This document shows, one piece after another, positions 24,061-34,265 of a stretch of DNA of 64,000 nucleotides (positions are counted from its first letter, which is position 1; every line of letters starts with the position of its first letter). Source of the stretch: Heterodontus francisci (taxonomy: Eukaryota); contig NW_027140989.1 in the NCBI RefSeq assembly GCF_036365525.1, positions 2,976,001 to 3,040,000 on the forward strand, written 5' to 3'. The translations under genes and the position numbers were made by a program. The notes under the pieces were generated by a model. That model searched no databases and was not told where the DNA came from. It saw only the letters and a program-made list of their open reading frames with translations.

Positions 24061-27000
24061 AAAAGAAACAAAAGGTCTTATAAATTGTCATGTAAAAAAA
24101 GAATAGAGTCAACAGTGGAAGGCTGAAGGACAGTCCTCCACTGGTTGATTGTCCTTCCAGCTACACGGAAGTTCCTCTCCCTGATGCTGCAGCTCGCCGG
24201 AATGCAAAGTATACTTCTAGCCCGCCTGGTCAATTTCGGGTATGTAACACTGTGTTCCTTCCACCAGCCCAACAGATCACGTTCGTTTTCCATCGCCAAC
24301 ACAGCAGGTCTGTGCTGTGTACTGCTGCACTTCATCATTTGTGTCTATTTCTTCATGAACATTCTCCCATTCAGAAAATGCAGTCACTGCTTTTTTGGCA
24401 GCTGTAGGTTCATTATCAACCATTGTCGTTTCCTTCACCGGGACTTCTGTTTTAATGTTATTGATAAGTCTGCACTCTTCAGAATAAACTTCTTCCCTTT
24501 CATGGCTGGATAACATTCGTAGCTGATTGAATTTTGGCCAGAGAAATGTTGCTATCTTGTGCTCGTCATTTATGTTAACATTCTTCAGAAGCCACTGTCT
24601 GTGCCGTTCCCTGACAACTGCTTGCATTGGAGTATCTGAAGAATGTGGCATACAGAGACGTTTAAGTTTCTCAAACCACGGAATTACCAGGTTCAATGTA
24701 GGATATTGGTCTCCCTCGAGTTCCCTCTGAGCTTCATAAAATGGTCGGAGGAAATCCACCAAAAACTGCAAGACATCAGGGGTGATATTTTCCAGCCTGC
24801 AGCTTTCACCACGCTGTTCTAGTTTCTCGTGCAGTTCATGATAAATATCCTGAATTGAATTCAGTGTCAGATACACAGTACTGTACCTCATTTCTTCCAT
24901 TGGATTTAAAGTTTTAGATAACTGTGCAGCAAGACCAGACTGTTTAATATATGTCACCAAGTCTTTGGCATGATGTACTGTTTCTACAACATCCAGAGCT
25001 TCAGAAGCTAATTCCTTTGGATCAAGTGAATGTAGAAGGACCGTGTTATATACATGGCCCTGACAATCCAGACGTTGATATGGTCTAAGAGAAAACACCA
25101 TGTTAGTGCCTTGATCTGTCACCCAGACTAGTTTATGGAAATTTGCTGGGTCGATACCAAATGTATTCACGAGCAGATTTTAAATCTCCTGCCTGATTTT
25201 TCCGCCAGTTTTGACGTCCTCCAGTGGAAACATTGCTGTTGTTAAAACTTTGGCATGAAGTTTAAAATCTGCCGTGATGTAATGACAAGTTATCGACATA
25301 TAATGGATTTTATTGCAGTCGTCCGTCCACATGTCAGTTGTCATTCCCACATTCACATCCTTCAGTATGTCAGTAATCTGAGAAATTAGTTCTTTTCTCT
25401 TTTCTTTGACCACATCACGACACCTTCTTGAAACTGTACTTGGATTTGCTAACACAGTTGAAACTGATACTTGACCGTATGTCGCACCCACATTGATAAG
25501 CTCTTGTGCTAGCTCAACAAACCCTTCACCAGAGACAGTTTGGAAAGATCGAATATCTTTGCAACAGAAACTCACGCATTTGTCTGTAATTTCTGATTTC
25601 TTGTGAGTGGTAAAGTTTTTTTTCTTGTCCGTACAAAGTAAGTTAAGTCTGACTGACTTGGCCCTGCTGTGGGTCGAGTACATCCTTTTACAGTGTGCCG
25701 CTGCAAAGATGAATTTCCTGTCTTTTTGCTGTGATATTTTAGTAGAAGTTTACAAGATTTACATTGTACAAATCCACTTGAACTTTTACTATTGCGGAAA
25801 ACAACAACATTGACATGTTCCCACACAGAAGATTTATGTTTTCCGGCTACAGGACTTTCCACTGCTAAACATTCTCCAGTCGACAGCATTTGTTTTACAT
25901 CCATAGTGTACAGTAATGTAAAATCACCTTTGGACACATGTAGTCGGGTCTCGTCGTGTTTGGGTCAGGCAGACAGGCTTTAAGTCATATTTCTACTTCC
26001 AAGTCCGATTGTTGAAGGGAAAACAAGCAGACACTGTTTAAAATGTGTCCTTAAACTTCTCACCTAGTCTTTAAAAAACCGCCGCATCGTTATAGTGCAG
26101 CCATTTTTTTCTGCTGTTCACTGTCCAATAACAATGAACAGTGAGACGCTGGATCTGAACCGGGAACATTCATGACAGTTTGGAGACAGAAAGCAGCAAT
26201 GATTTTCAATAGTGCCTTCTTCTCATTCTGTCTCTCTCACCCTGCCCAGACACTGCCTCAGAAATACCTCTCTCTTTCCCCGGACTCACTCCATGTCCCA
26301 GGACCAGTACCTGCGAAAGGCCTGCTACCAGACCCGAACCCGACAGGACTTGACGACATGTGTCGGGTTTGGGTCGGTCACTCTTCTGGGTCGAGCTCTT
26401 GGGCTCCGGTCGGACAAACACAGTATTAATCGGACGTGAAAGGTTGTTTAAAAAGATGAAGATTGGAGCCGCGAAGCCAGTGATTGTTTGGTCATGAGTT
26501 AAACAGAAACCCATGGAGTTGTGTTCAGACAGGTTGTGCCACACTGTACCAGTATCTGTATTGCTTAAACTAAACACAGCAATTGCCAGAAGGCTCAGTA
26601 AATATCATTGTACATTACCCAGACTCCTGCTTTACAGGTTGAAATACTTGCTGCAAGTTTATCCAGTGAGCAGCTGAAATGCAAAGAGTGATTAATTATT
26701 ACAAAATGAATATAAAATATACAGTATTTGTATTAAAAATATAACCTGTTCACTTTCAGGACTCTGGTCCACACACACACACAGTCCCTGACCGAACCAC
26801 AGCGGACCCGAGCCCGACCCGACCATCCCTTCACTTCCCTTCCTGACACTCAACATGCAAGATGCTACACCGCATGCGTGATGACGGCAAAGTGACGGCA
26901 CCGGCCACTGCGCAGACTCAGTTCCGAGCCGGACTCCCAGCTCCGGTCAGTTTTTTAAAATTTCAATACTCACCAGCAGAGACTGACCGAGTGTGTCCGA

Positions 27001-27115
27001 CCCGAACCCGAACTGGACCCGAGCCCGAAAGCCGGAGCCGCAATCTGGGCCCGAGCCGAGGCGGACACATGTGCTCGGGTCCCGCTCGGGTTGGACTCGG
27101 CTATCCAGGCCTCCA
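24061..27115 (-). mobile_element. hAT DNA transposon: left end and subterminal repeats retained, right end not found
   Basis: Transposase plus clustered ACCCGA/TCGGGT motifs at 25940-25970, 26330-26415 and 26790-27100; candidate terminus TGGAGGCCTGGAT on the minus strand at 27115. Confidence 0.7.
24078..25904 (-). pseudogene. hAT transposase pseudogene, Hermes/hobo-like, about 608 codons, with 2 frameshifts and 1 nonsense codon
   Basis: BED finger (VWEH..C-KS-C..TGNSSLQRH..C), RSFQTVSGEGF, TTDMWTD, VTDQGTN, CxxH, and C-terminal WW..YPKL..LCIPAS..ERNF; spread over ORFs 25572-25937, 25180-25683, 24277-25170 and 24078-24338. Confidence 0.93.
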
Positions 27116-27239
27116 GTGTACATTCCACACAGTCCCCGACTCCCGCTGAACTTCCCCGCTATTCAATGTTAATCTCTGAACACATCTGCAGACTTGCTCC
27201 CAAACCTGGTGTTGCTGCTGGAAGCAGATGTTGTTTGTT

Positions 27240-27410
27240 CACTTACCCCGGGACCCGGATGTATCCATTCGCAGCTGATTTAAACAATCTTCCGCTCACA
27301 CACTGAATGACGCTCAGAGACAGTGTTGGGGGAAGGGGAGCACATGCGCTTTTCCCATAATTGTGACGTCATCAGTGGGCGGGGCTACATCGCGCGTGCG
27401 CAGATCGCTG
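27240..27410 (-). promoter_or_regulatory. CpG-rich Pol II promoter and putative non-coding first exon
   Basis: TGACGTCA (CRE), GGGCGGGG (GC box), GCACATGCGC and CGCGCGTGCGCA (NRF1-like); minus-strand donor G|GTAAGT near 27247; paralogs near 49830-49950 and 59040-59240. Confidence 0.5.
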
Positions 27411-28899
27411 CAACAGAATTCAATGGGTACTTTGCCCATTCCACCCTCATCAATGTTTGAACAATGAAAGTGAACATGGGGTTAGGGTGGAGGGAGGGTG
27501 GGGAGGGGTGGAGGGAATCTATAACCTAGAAAGCCGGGAGCTGATCCGATTTAGATGTTCAAATTGCCGTCTCTCCCTGCAGGGTGTTTGTTATTATTGA
27601 GACCCTCCTCTCAAAACAATCGGACAGAAACATGGGAGGAAGGAGGGAGTCGGTGTGTTTGCTGGGACCTTGTAGAATTCATTTCAGCCAGCAAAGGTTT
27701 GTCTAACCGGAGTGAAACCCGCGGTCAATGTGAGTAATACCGAATGGTGATCTTCATCGTTTAATTCTAAACAAGAGGCACGGAGCTGCCGCGATTATAC
27801 CGGACACACAAACACAGTGACAATAGAGCCCGTCCCAGAGTTTCAGCTCCCGGTTGTTAAATGTCCTTATGTGCACAGTCTTTGCTGTGAATTTTCAGGG
27901 CTCAGTTGCCGATGTCTAGGGCTCTATCCCTTAAACACACGGAACCATGAGATCCTCACACTCCATTTTGAAAGATTTATGGACAGGAATTTTTCCAGCC
28001 TTTGATCCAGTCGATCATAATCTGCTGTTCAAACATAGTATTGTTCAAACAATTAATGTGAAATTCTGTTCACTATCGGGCCTTGAACTGGGTTTGAGCA
28101 GACCAACTACTGAAAGATTCAGCTTCTTTCCAGATATAGCATCCAGAGCTGGATAGAGGGACTCAGGGTTTAATCCTGCACACACACAACAGAAGGAGTG
28201 ACAGCCACACAGGGATGGGAACAGGTATTGTTTCTGTCGCCTACTAACCCAACAGGTAGAGTTAGAAACTGATTAAACATCCAACCCACTGCAATTCACT
28301 CCTGGAGAAATACAGAGGCTCTTCCACTCCATCCTTCCCTCCCGTACACTCGGCAGATTGACAGCACAAGGCCTTTCAGGTATCATTTCCGTGACCAAGA
28401 GTTTCATTCCGATGATATTAAACAGAGACTATCAGATATTTATCCTTCATCCTGGAAATAGTCGGACTCACTCTTACACTTCTACCAGATTGTTTTGGCC
28501 AAATGAGGAGCCGCCCCTTCACCCGCTCCCCTGCCTTATTCAGACAACCTTCCAGTCTCAGCGTCACACACCTTACCAATTATTTGATTTTGATCAATAT
28601 GACTCAACGATTGTTTGCAGCGCCAATCACTTAAATAATAATGGCAGTGATTTGTACAAATATCCCATATCCTCGACATCACCATAATTTCAACCAGACA
28701 GAATAGTGAGAGTACAGGTAGAAAAACAAAACATGTTTCTAAAAGAGTATAAGAAAATATTAATGAGTAGCAACCAAGTGAAACAAAAATAATTTATACG
28801 TAAAGAAAAATGTAAAATGATAGTGCAAGAAATTACGGAGCTTTTCGGGATAAAGAAATGAAATCTCCTTGTGTTGGAAAAGGTAATGAATGAGAGCGT

Positions 28900-29660
28900 T
28901 ATATGTCTGTTCACAAAAGCAAGGATGAAGTTAATGTCTCGGTAGAGGAGAGGTACAGAGATATTGGACAGAATGAAAATAGACAGAAAGGAGGTTCTCA
29001 ACAGATTGGCATCACTTTAAGTTAATGAGTCCAGAGAGAAAGCATCTCAGATTGCTGAGGGAGATAACAGAAGTCCTGACGACAATGTTTGGATATTGAA
29101 GTAGTTCCAGTCGACTGAAACAGTGCAAATGTTACAGTCCTGTTCCAGAAATGGGAAGAAAAACGCTGGTGACTGCAGCCCAATTAATTTTATCATCAGT
29201 GGTCGAAAACAATTGGAGACAAGTGTCAAGGATCAAATGAACTTCAACTTGAAGAATGATGAGTTAATAAGTGACAAGCAGTACCGATTTGCTAAGGACA
29301 AATCATGTGCAAATAACCTGATTGAATTCTTGGCGTTGACTTTTCTGAAGGTCGTACTGTAGATATTGGATATCTGCTTTTTGAAAGGCATTCGATCAAG
29401 TAGTACAGAACAGAGTTACACAGAAAATAGAAGTTCATGTTAAAAATTGATACTGGTATGCTGAGATGGTAGTTGGCTAAAGGATCGGAGACAGAGTGTC
29501 GTAGTGAACTGATGTATTTTAATGTGAAGAAGTATGCAGCAGGGTGACACAGAAATCTTTATTAACAACATTGCTTTTATAGAGACCATAATTTGGAAGT
29601 TTGAGGAGGACAAAATACATAGCAATGTATGTGGATAGTAAAGAGCTGTCAGTTTCAGGT
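28900..29660 (+). mobile_element. Highly decayed CR1 RT fragment
   Basis: QYRFAKDKSCANNLIEF resembles QHGFVKGRSCLTNLIEF; KAFD remnant; paralogs at 33100-34030 (+) and 43690-44600 (-). Confidence 0.7.
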
Positions 29661-30114
29661 AGATGTTACCTGTACAGAGGTGAGACAGAGAATACCCAAC
29701 CCGTCTCACCTTGAGATTCTTGACCAAGATGGACCTACAAGGTTCTGTGATCAAGCAGAGAGTTTATTAGGCTTAACTAAGATGCACAAAGTTAATCCTT
29801 AACAACAACAATAAGTATACAGCAACACTCAGGACGGGTTCTTGCTTCTGAGCTTGCTGGGACATGGACTTCTCTCCTTCTTCTTCTCTTGCTGTGTTGA
29901 CCATAGTGTATCTTCTCCCTCTAAGTGTGCCAACAGTGTTCTGTTCACACGTTGCTAAGTGTACCGATGACATCCCAGATCACCCTTTATTTTACGCTTC
30001 TCGGTGTGCTGGGATCTGACCATATTAGGTTCTGAATTGTTCCGGGTGTCCTAATTGGTTCAATCTACACACTTTACAGATGCTTCCTGTGTCTTTCACT
30101 TTTAGCAAGGATCC

Positions 30115-30540
30115 TTGTGTTCCCAGGTTCTGGTCTCTCTCATCAGGGGAAACATCCTCTCAGTATCCACCCGGCCAAGTGCTCTCACGATCTTATGCAT
30201 TTCAATAAGATCACTTCTCATTCTTCTTAATTCTAATGGCTGCAGGCCAACCTGTACAACCATTTCCCAGAAAATAACTCCTTCATCCGAGCAATCAGTC
30301 GAGTGAATCTTCTCTGAACTGCTTCCAATGCAATTTATTTGTTTTCATCAGTAAGGAGACCAAAACTGTACACATTATTACGGATGCAGTCTCACCAGTA
30401 CCCTGGACAACTGTAGCAAATCTTCCTTACTTTAATAGTCCATTCTCCTTGCAATAACTGACATCATTCCATTTGCCTTCCTAAACTCATGTTGTACGTG
30501 CCAACCAACTTTTTTGTAATTCATGTACCAGGATACCCAA
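30115..30540 (-). mobile_element. Decayed CR1 fragment
   Basis: Reverse strand encodes QFWS, AVQRRFTR and LRSDLIE-like remnants. Confidence 0.75.
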
Positions 30541-30930
30541 CTCTGTCGCGTTGTTTACTGTATGTTTCTGTTCCGTGTTGATTCAGTGCGTCATGAATTA
30601 AACGGTTGAATTTGATAATGTATTCGTGAAGGCCGATTCAAACCGAGTTGGAAGACAGATGGGGGATCTCAGCCGATATAAATGAAGATACAAAAAGTCA
30701 GATTTCATAATTCTTCCGGCCAAATTAGTTTATTTTAATCTTTGCCTTGTTTGCTAATCGGAAATTGGCGGGCTTTTTGAAATTGATTAAATTTCAGTTG
30801 CAGTTCAATCAATCAGGGCCCAGCATTTCCCGCCGCCCTTCTACTTCCCAGAGCTGGTTTCAAACTTGACTGATGGACGGGGCTGCATCCAATCACAACA
30901 CTAGGGCGGTCCCTCTACTGTCTTAAATAG

Positions 30931-31398
<468 letters not shown>

Positions 31399-31441
31399 AC
31401 TCACCCTGCCCCGAACTGAGTTTGGCATCAAATAACACAAC

Positions 31442-31482
31442 GGCTCTTTTAAGAGCCACCAAATCGGCAAAACAAAGAGCTG
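31442..31482 (+). promoter_or_regulatory. Histone 3' stem-loop and HDE (H3)
   Basis: GGCTCTTTTAAGAGCC at 31442-31457; AAAGAGCTG at 31474-31482. Confidence 0.93.
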
Positions 31483-31639
31483 CGATCACCTGTTCTCAGA
31501 GAACTGTGGTCTAGAGCAGATCATTTTATTGGAGAGCCGATCATTGTGTAAAAGCTTTCGTTGTGTGTAAACGGTAGATTTGCTAAAATGCCTGACAAAT
31601 ATTGCAAGAGGCGAGCAGTTAAATGCCCGAATCCAGTAC

Positions 31640-32000
31640 TGAGAAGGCTGAGGGGAGATCTGATTGAAATGTACAACATTCTGGCGGGACTGGAGAGAGT
31701 GGAGGTGAAGGGTCTTAGCAGAGAGGTCAGTGACTATGGGGCATATGTTTAAAGAGATAGGTAGAAAAATTAGAGGGAAAACGAGAATTGTATTTTCACC
31801 CAGAGGGTGCTGGGTGTCTGGAACTCACTGCCTGAAATGATAGTTGAGGCAGAGACCACCAACTCAGTCAAAGGGAATCTGGATATGCATCTCAAGTGCT
31901 GTAATCTGCAGGGCGACGGACTGAATGCTGGAAGGTGGGACTAGAATAGGTGGGTCGTTTTTCGGCCGGCACCGACACGATGGGGCAAGTGCCCTCTTTC
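31640..32000 (+). mobile_element. Old CR1 3' fragment between H3 and H2A
   Basis: RRLRGDLIEMY and FTQRV..WNSLP remnants; mirrored at about 53580-53945 on the minus strand. Confidence 0.8.
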
Positions 32001-32054
32001 TATGCCAATACAAAGCAGCGCTAGCATTATAAAATTGCATTCTCAGACAGCAAA

Positions 32055-32095
32055 CAGCCCTTTAACAGATAAAGTGGGTGGCTCTGAAAAGAGCC
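32055..32095 (-). promoter_or_regulatory. Histone 3' stem-loop and HDE (H2A)
   Basis: Minus strand GGCTCTTTTCAGAGCC at 32080-32095, then AAAGGGCTG. Confidence 0.93.
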
Positions 32096-32125
32096 TTTGG
32101 GTTCGCAGACTTAAGTCAGGCAGCT

Positions 32126-32515
32126 TCACTTTCTCTTGGTGCTCAGAGCGCTGGTTTTCTTGGGCAGCAGCACAGCCTCGATATTAGGCAGCACCTGGCC
32201 CTGAGCGATGGTCACCTCTCCCAGCAGCCTGTTGAGCTCCTCGTCGTTGCGGACGGCCAGCTGGAGGTGTCTGGGGATGATGCGGGTCTTCTTGTTGTCC
32301 CGGGCCGCGTTGCCGGCCAGCTCGAGGATTTCAGCTGTCAGATACTCGAGCACAGCAGCCAGATGGACCGGTGCTCCGGCACCCACAAGCTCAGCATAGT
32401 TCCCCTTTTTAAGGAACCTGTGAACACTGCCCACCGGGAACTGCAGTCCAGCCCGGGAGGAGCGAGACTTGGCCTTGGACCGAGCTTTACCACCGGTCTT
32501 CCCTCTTCCAGATAT
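32126..32515 (-). pseudogene. H2A: Histone H2A, full-length frame but start codon ATG>ATA and many substitutions
   Basis: [53 protein letters not shown]; ATA at 32515-32513 where the paralog has ATG (53325); R29S, R42L, Y50H, G106Q and others. Confidence 0.9.
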
Positions 32516-32569
32516 TTCGACAATCTGACAAACACTTTCAGGAAGAATGCTGAGAACCGCCCACAATAG

Positions 32570-32700
32570 TCCCATTTATACCTTCGGGAGGAATGGTGTC
32601 GGGGGCACTGGTGATTGGTCACTCTGCACTGGGTGTCATTGTGCTCGTCATGTGACCAATCAGAGAACTGCTGAATTCACCAATCCGGAGACGCCAAGGA
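32570..32700 (-). promoter_or_regulatory. H2A promoter (TATA and CCAAT boxes)
   Basis: TATAAA (minus) at 32575-32580; CCAAT boxes near 32615, 32656 and 32681; mirrored at 53150-53265. Confidence 0.75.
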
Positions 32701-32996
32701 GATGAGGGCGGAAAATAACGGCGCGAAATTGTCAGACTGCAAACGATTTCTCAAATTTGAAAAGCCCGCCAATATATTTGTAAAACACAGAGCGGGTTCA
32801 ATATAGATCACCACATTTTTCGGTAACTTGGTTTCACCGCAAATATTTTTTATTCATATTGTATTTTTCTGCATTTGATAACAAGTTACAGATTCGCTTT
32901 CACATTCCGCCATCTATTCGGGTTTACTCTCTATCCTTTTTGAAACATTGTATAACCAGCAGACAGAAAGCCTCTTCCACAGCATTCTGTAACCAG

Positions 32997-33099
32997 ATGA
33001 AGGGATGAAGGGTCACTGACCCGAAACGTTAACTCTGCTTCTCTTTCCACAGATGCTGCCAGACCTGCTGAGTGGTTCCAGCATTTCTTGTTTTTGTTC
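32997..33099 (+). mobile_element. Short Penelope-like terminal repeat fragment
   Basis: GATGAAGGGTCACTGACCCGAAACGTTAACTCTG...CACAGATGCTGCCAGACCTGCTGAG; six related copies in the window. Confidence 0.6.
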
Positions 33100-33624
33100 A
33101 TGAAATAGTGTGTTAGATGTATGTTCACAAAAGAAAGGGGTGAAGTTAATATCCCGATATAGGAGGGGTGCAGAGTTATTGGATAGGATGAAAAAGTTCT
33201 GGATAGGTTGACATCTCTTTAAGTTAATAAGTCCAGAAAGGAAGTATCCCATATTAGTGAGGGAGATACCAGAAGCTCTGAGCAAAATCTTTGAATATGG
33301 AAGATGTGCCAGGTGACTGAAGGATTACACTCCTGTTCTGGAAAGGAGAAGGAAATATCTGGTAACAAAGACCATTATTTTTGACATCAGTGGTGAATTA
33401 ATAAAGGACAACCAGTACGGATTTGCTGAGGGCAAATCATGTGCGACTAACATGATTGAATTCTTGTGGTTGAAGTCACTGAAGGTAGTACAGTAATTAT
33501 CGGATATATGCACTTCCAAAGGCATTCGATCAAGTAGTGAATAACAGACTTACATGGAGAATAGAAATTCATGTAAAAATTGACACTGGCATCCTGAGAT
33601 GGTAGTTGGTTAAAGGATAGGAGG

Positions 33625-33864
33625 TTCTTCTGTGACCTTGTCTTATTTACACCTTCTCCTTTCTTATCTCTTGCCCCACCCCCACTTTACTTGCTGATAA
33701 CCTTTTACAATTCTAATATTTGCTCGTTCTGAAGTAGGGTCACTGACCTGAAACGTTAACTCTGCTTCTATCTCCAAAGATGCTGCCAGACCTGCTGAGT
33801 ATTTCCAGCATTTCTTGTTTTTATTTCAGATTTCCTGCATCCGCAGTATTTTGCTTTTATTTTA
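33625..33864 (+). mobile_element. Penelope-like terminal repeat fragment with degenerate hammerhead core
   Basis: GTT-CTGAAGTA-GGGTCACTGACCT-GAAAC-GTT-AAC at 33726-33760; absent from the paralogous site near 29490. Confidence 0.6.
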
Positions 33865-34265
33865 GAGTTTAGTGGTGAACTGATCCTTTCTGCTGACTGG
33901 GCAGAACTATGCAGTGGGGTGACGCAGAAAACTGTACGAAGAACATTACTTCGATAGGGCCGAAAATTTCGAAGTTTGAGGATGACAGAATACATAGCAA
34001 TGTATGCAAATAGTAAAGAGCTGTAAGTTTCAGGTCGATGTTACCTGAACAGAGGTGAGACAGAGAATACCCAACCCGTCTCACCTTTAGATTCCTGACC
34101 AAGATAGACCTACAAGGTATAAAGTCAAGTTTTGTGACCAAGTCAGAGAGTTTATTAGGCTTAACTAAGATGTACAAAGTTAATACTTAACAATGGTAAT
34201 AGATATGCAGCAACGCACAGCACCCGTTCTTGTTTCTGTGCTTGCTGCGGCACAGACATCTCTCC

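Noticed and set aside
28505-28650. GC box, CCAAT and TTAAATA resembling a histone promoter (mirrored near 44850-44990)
   Set aside because: Spacing is atypical and no histone coding remnant follows
32516-32575. N-terminally extended H2A starting MGLLWAVLS
   Set aside because: That ATG abuts the TATA box and lies upstream of the expected transcription start; same in the 53265 copy
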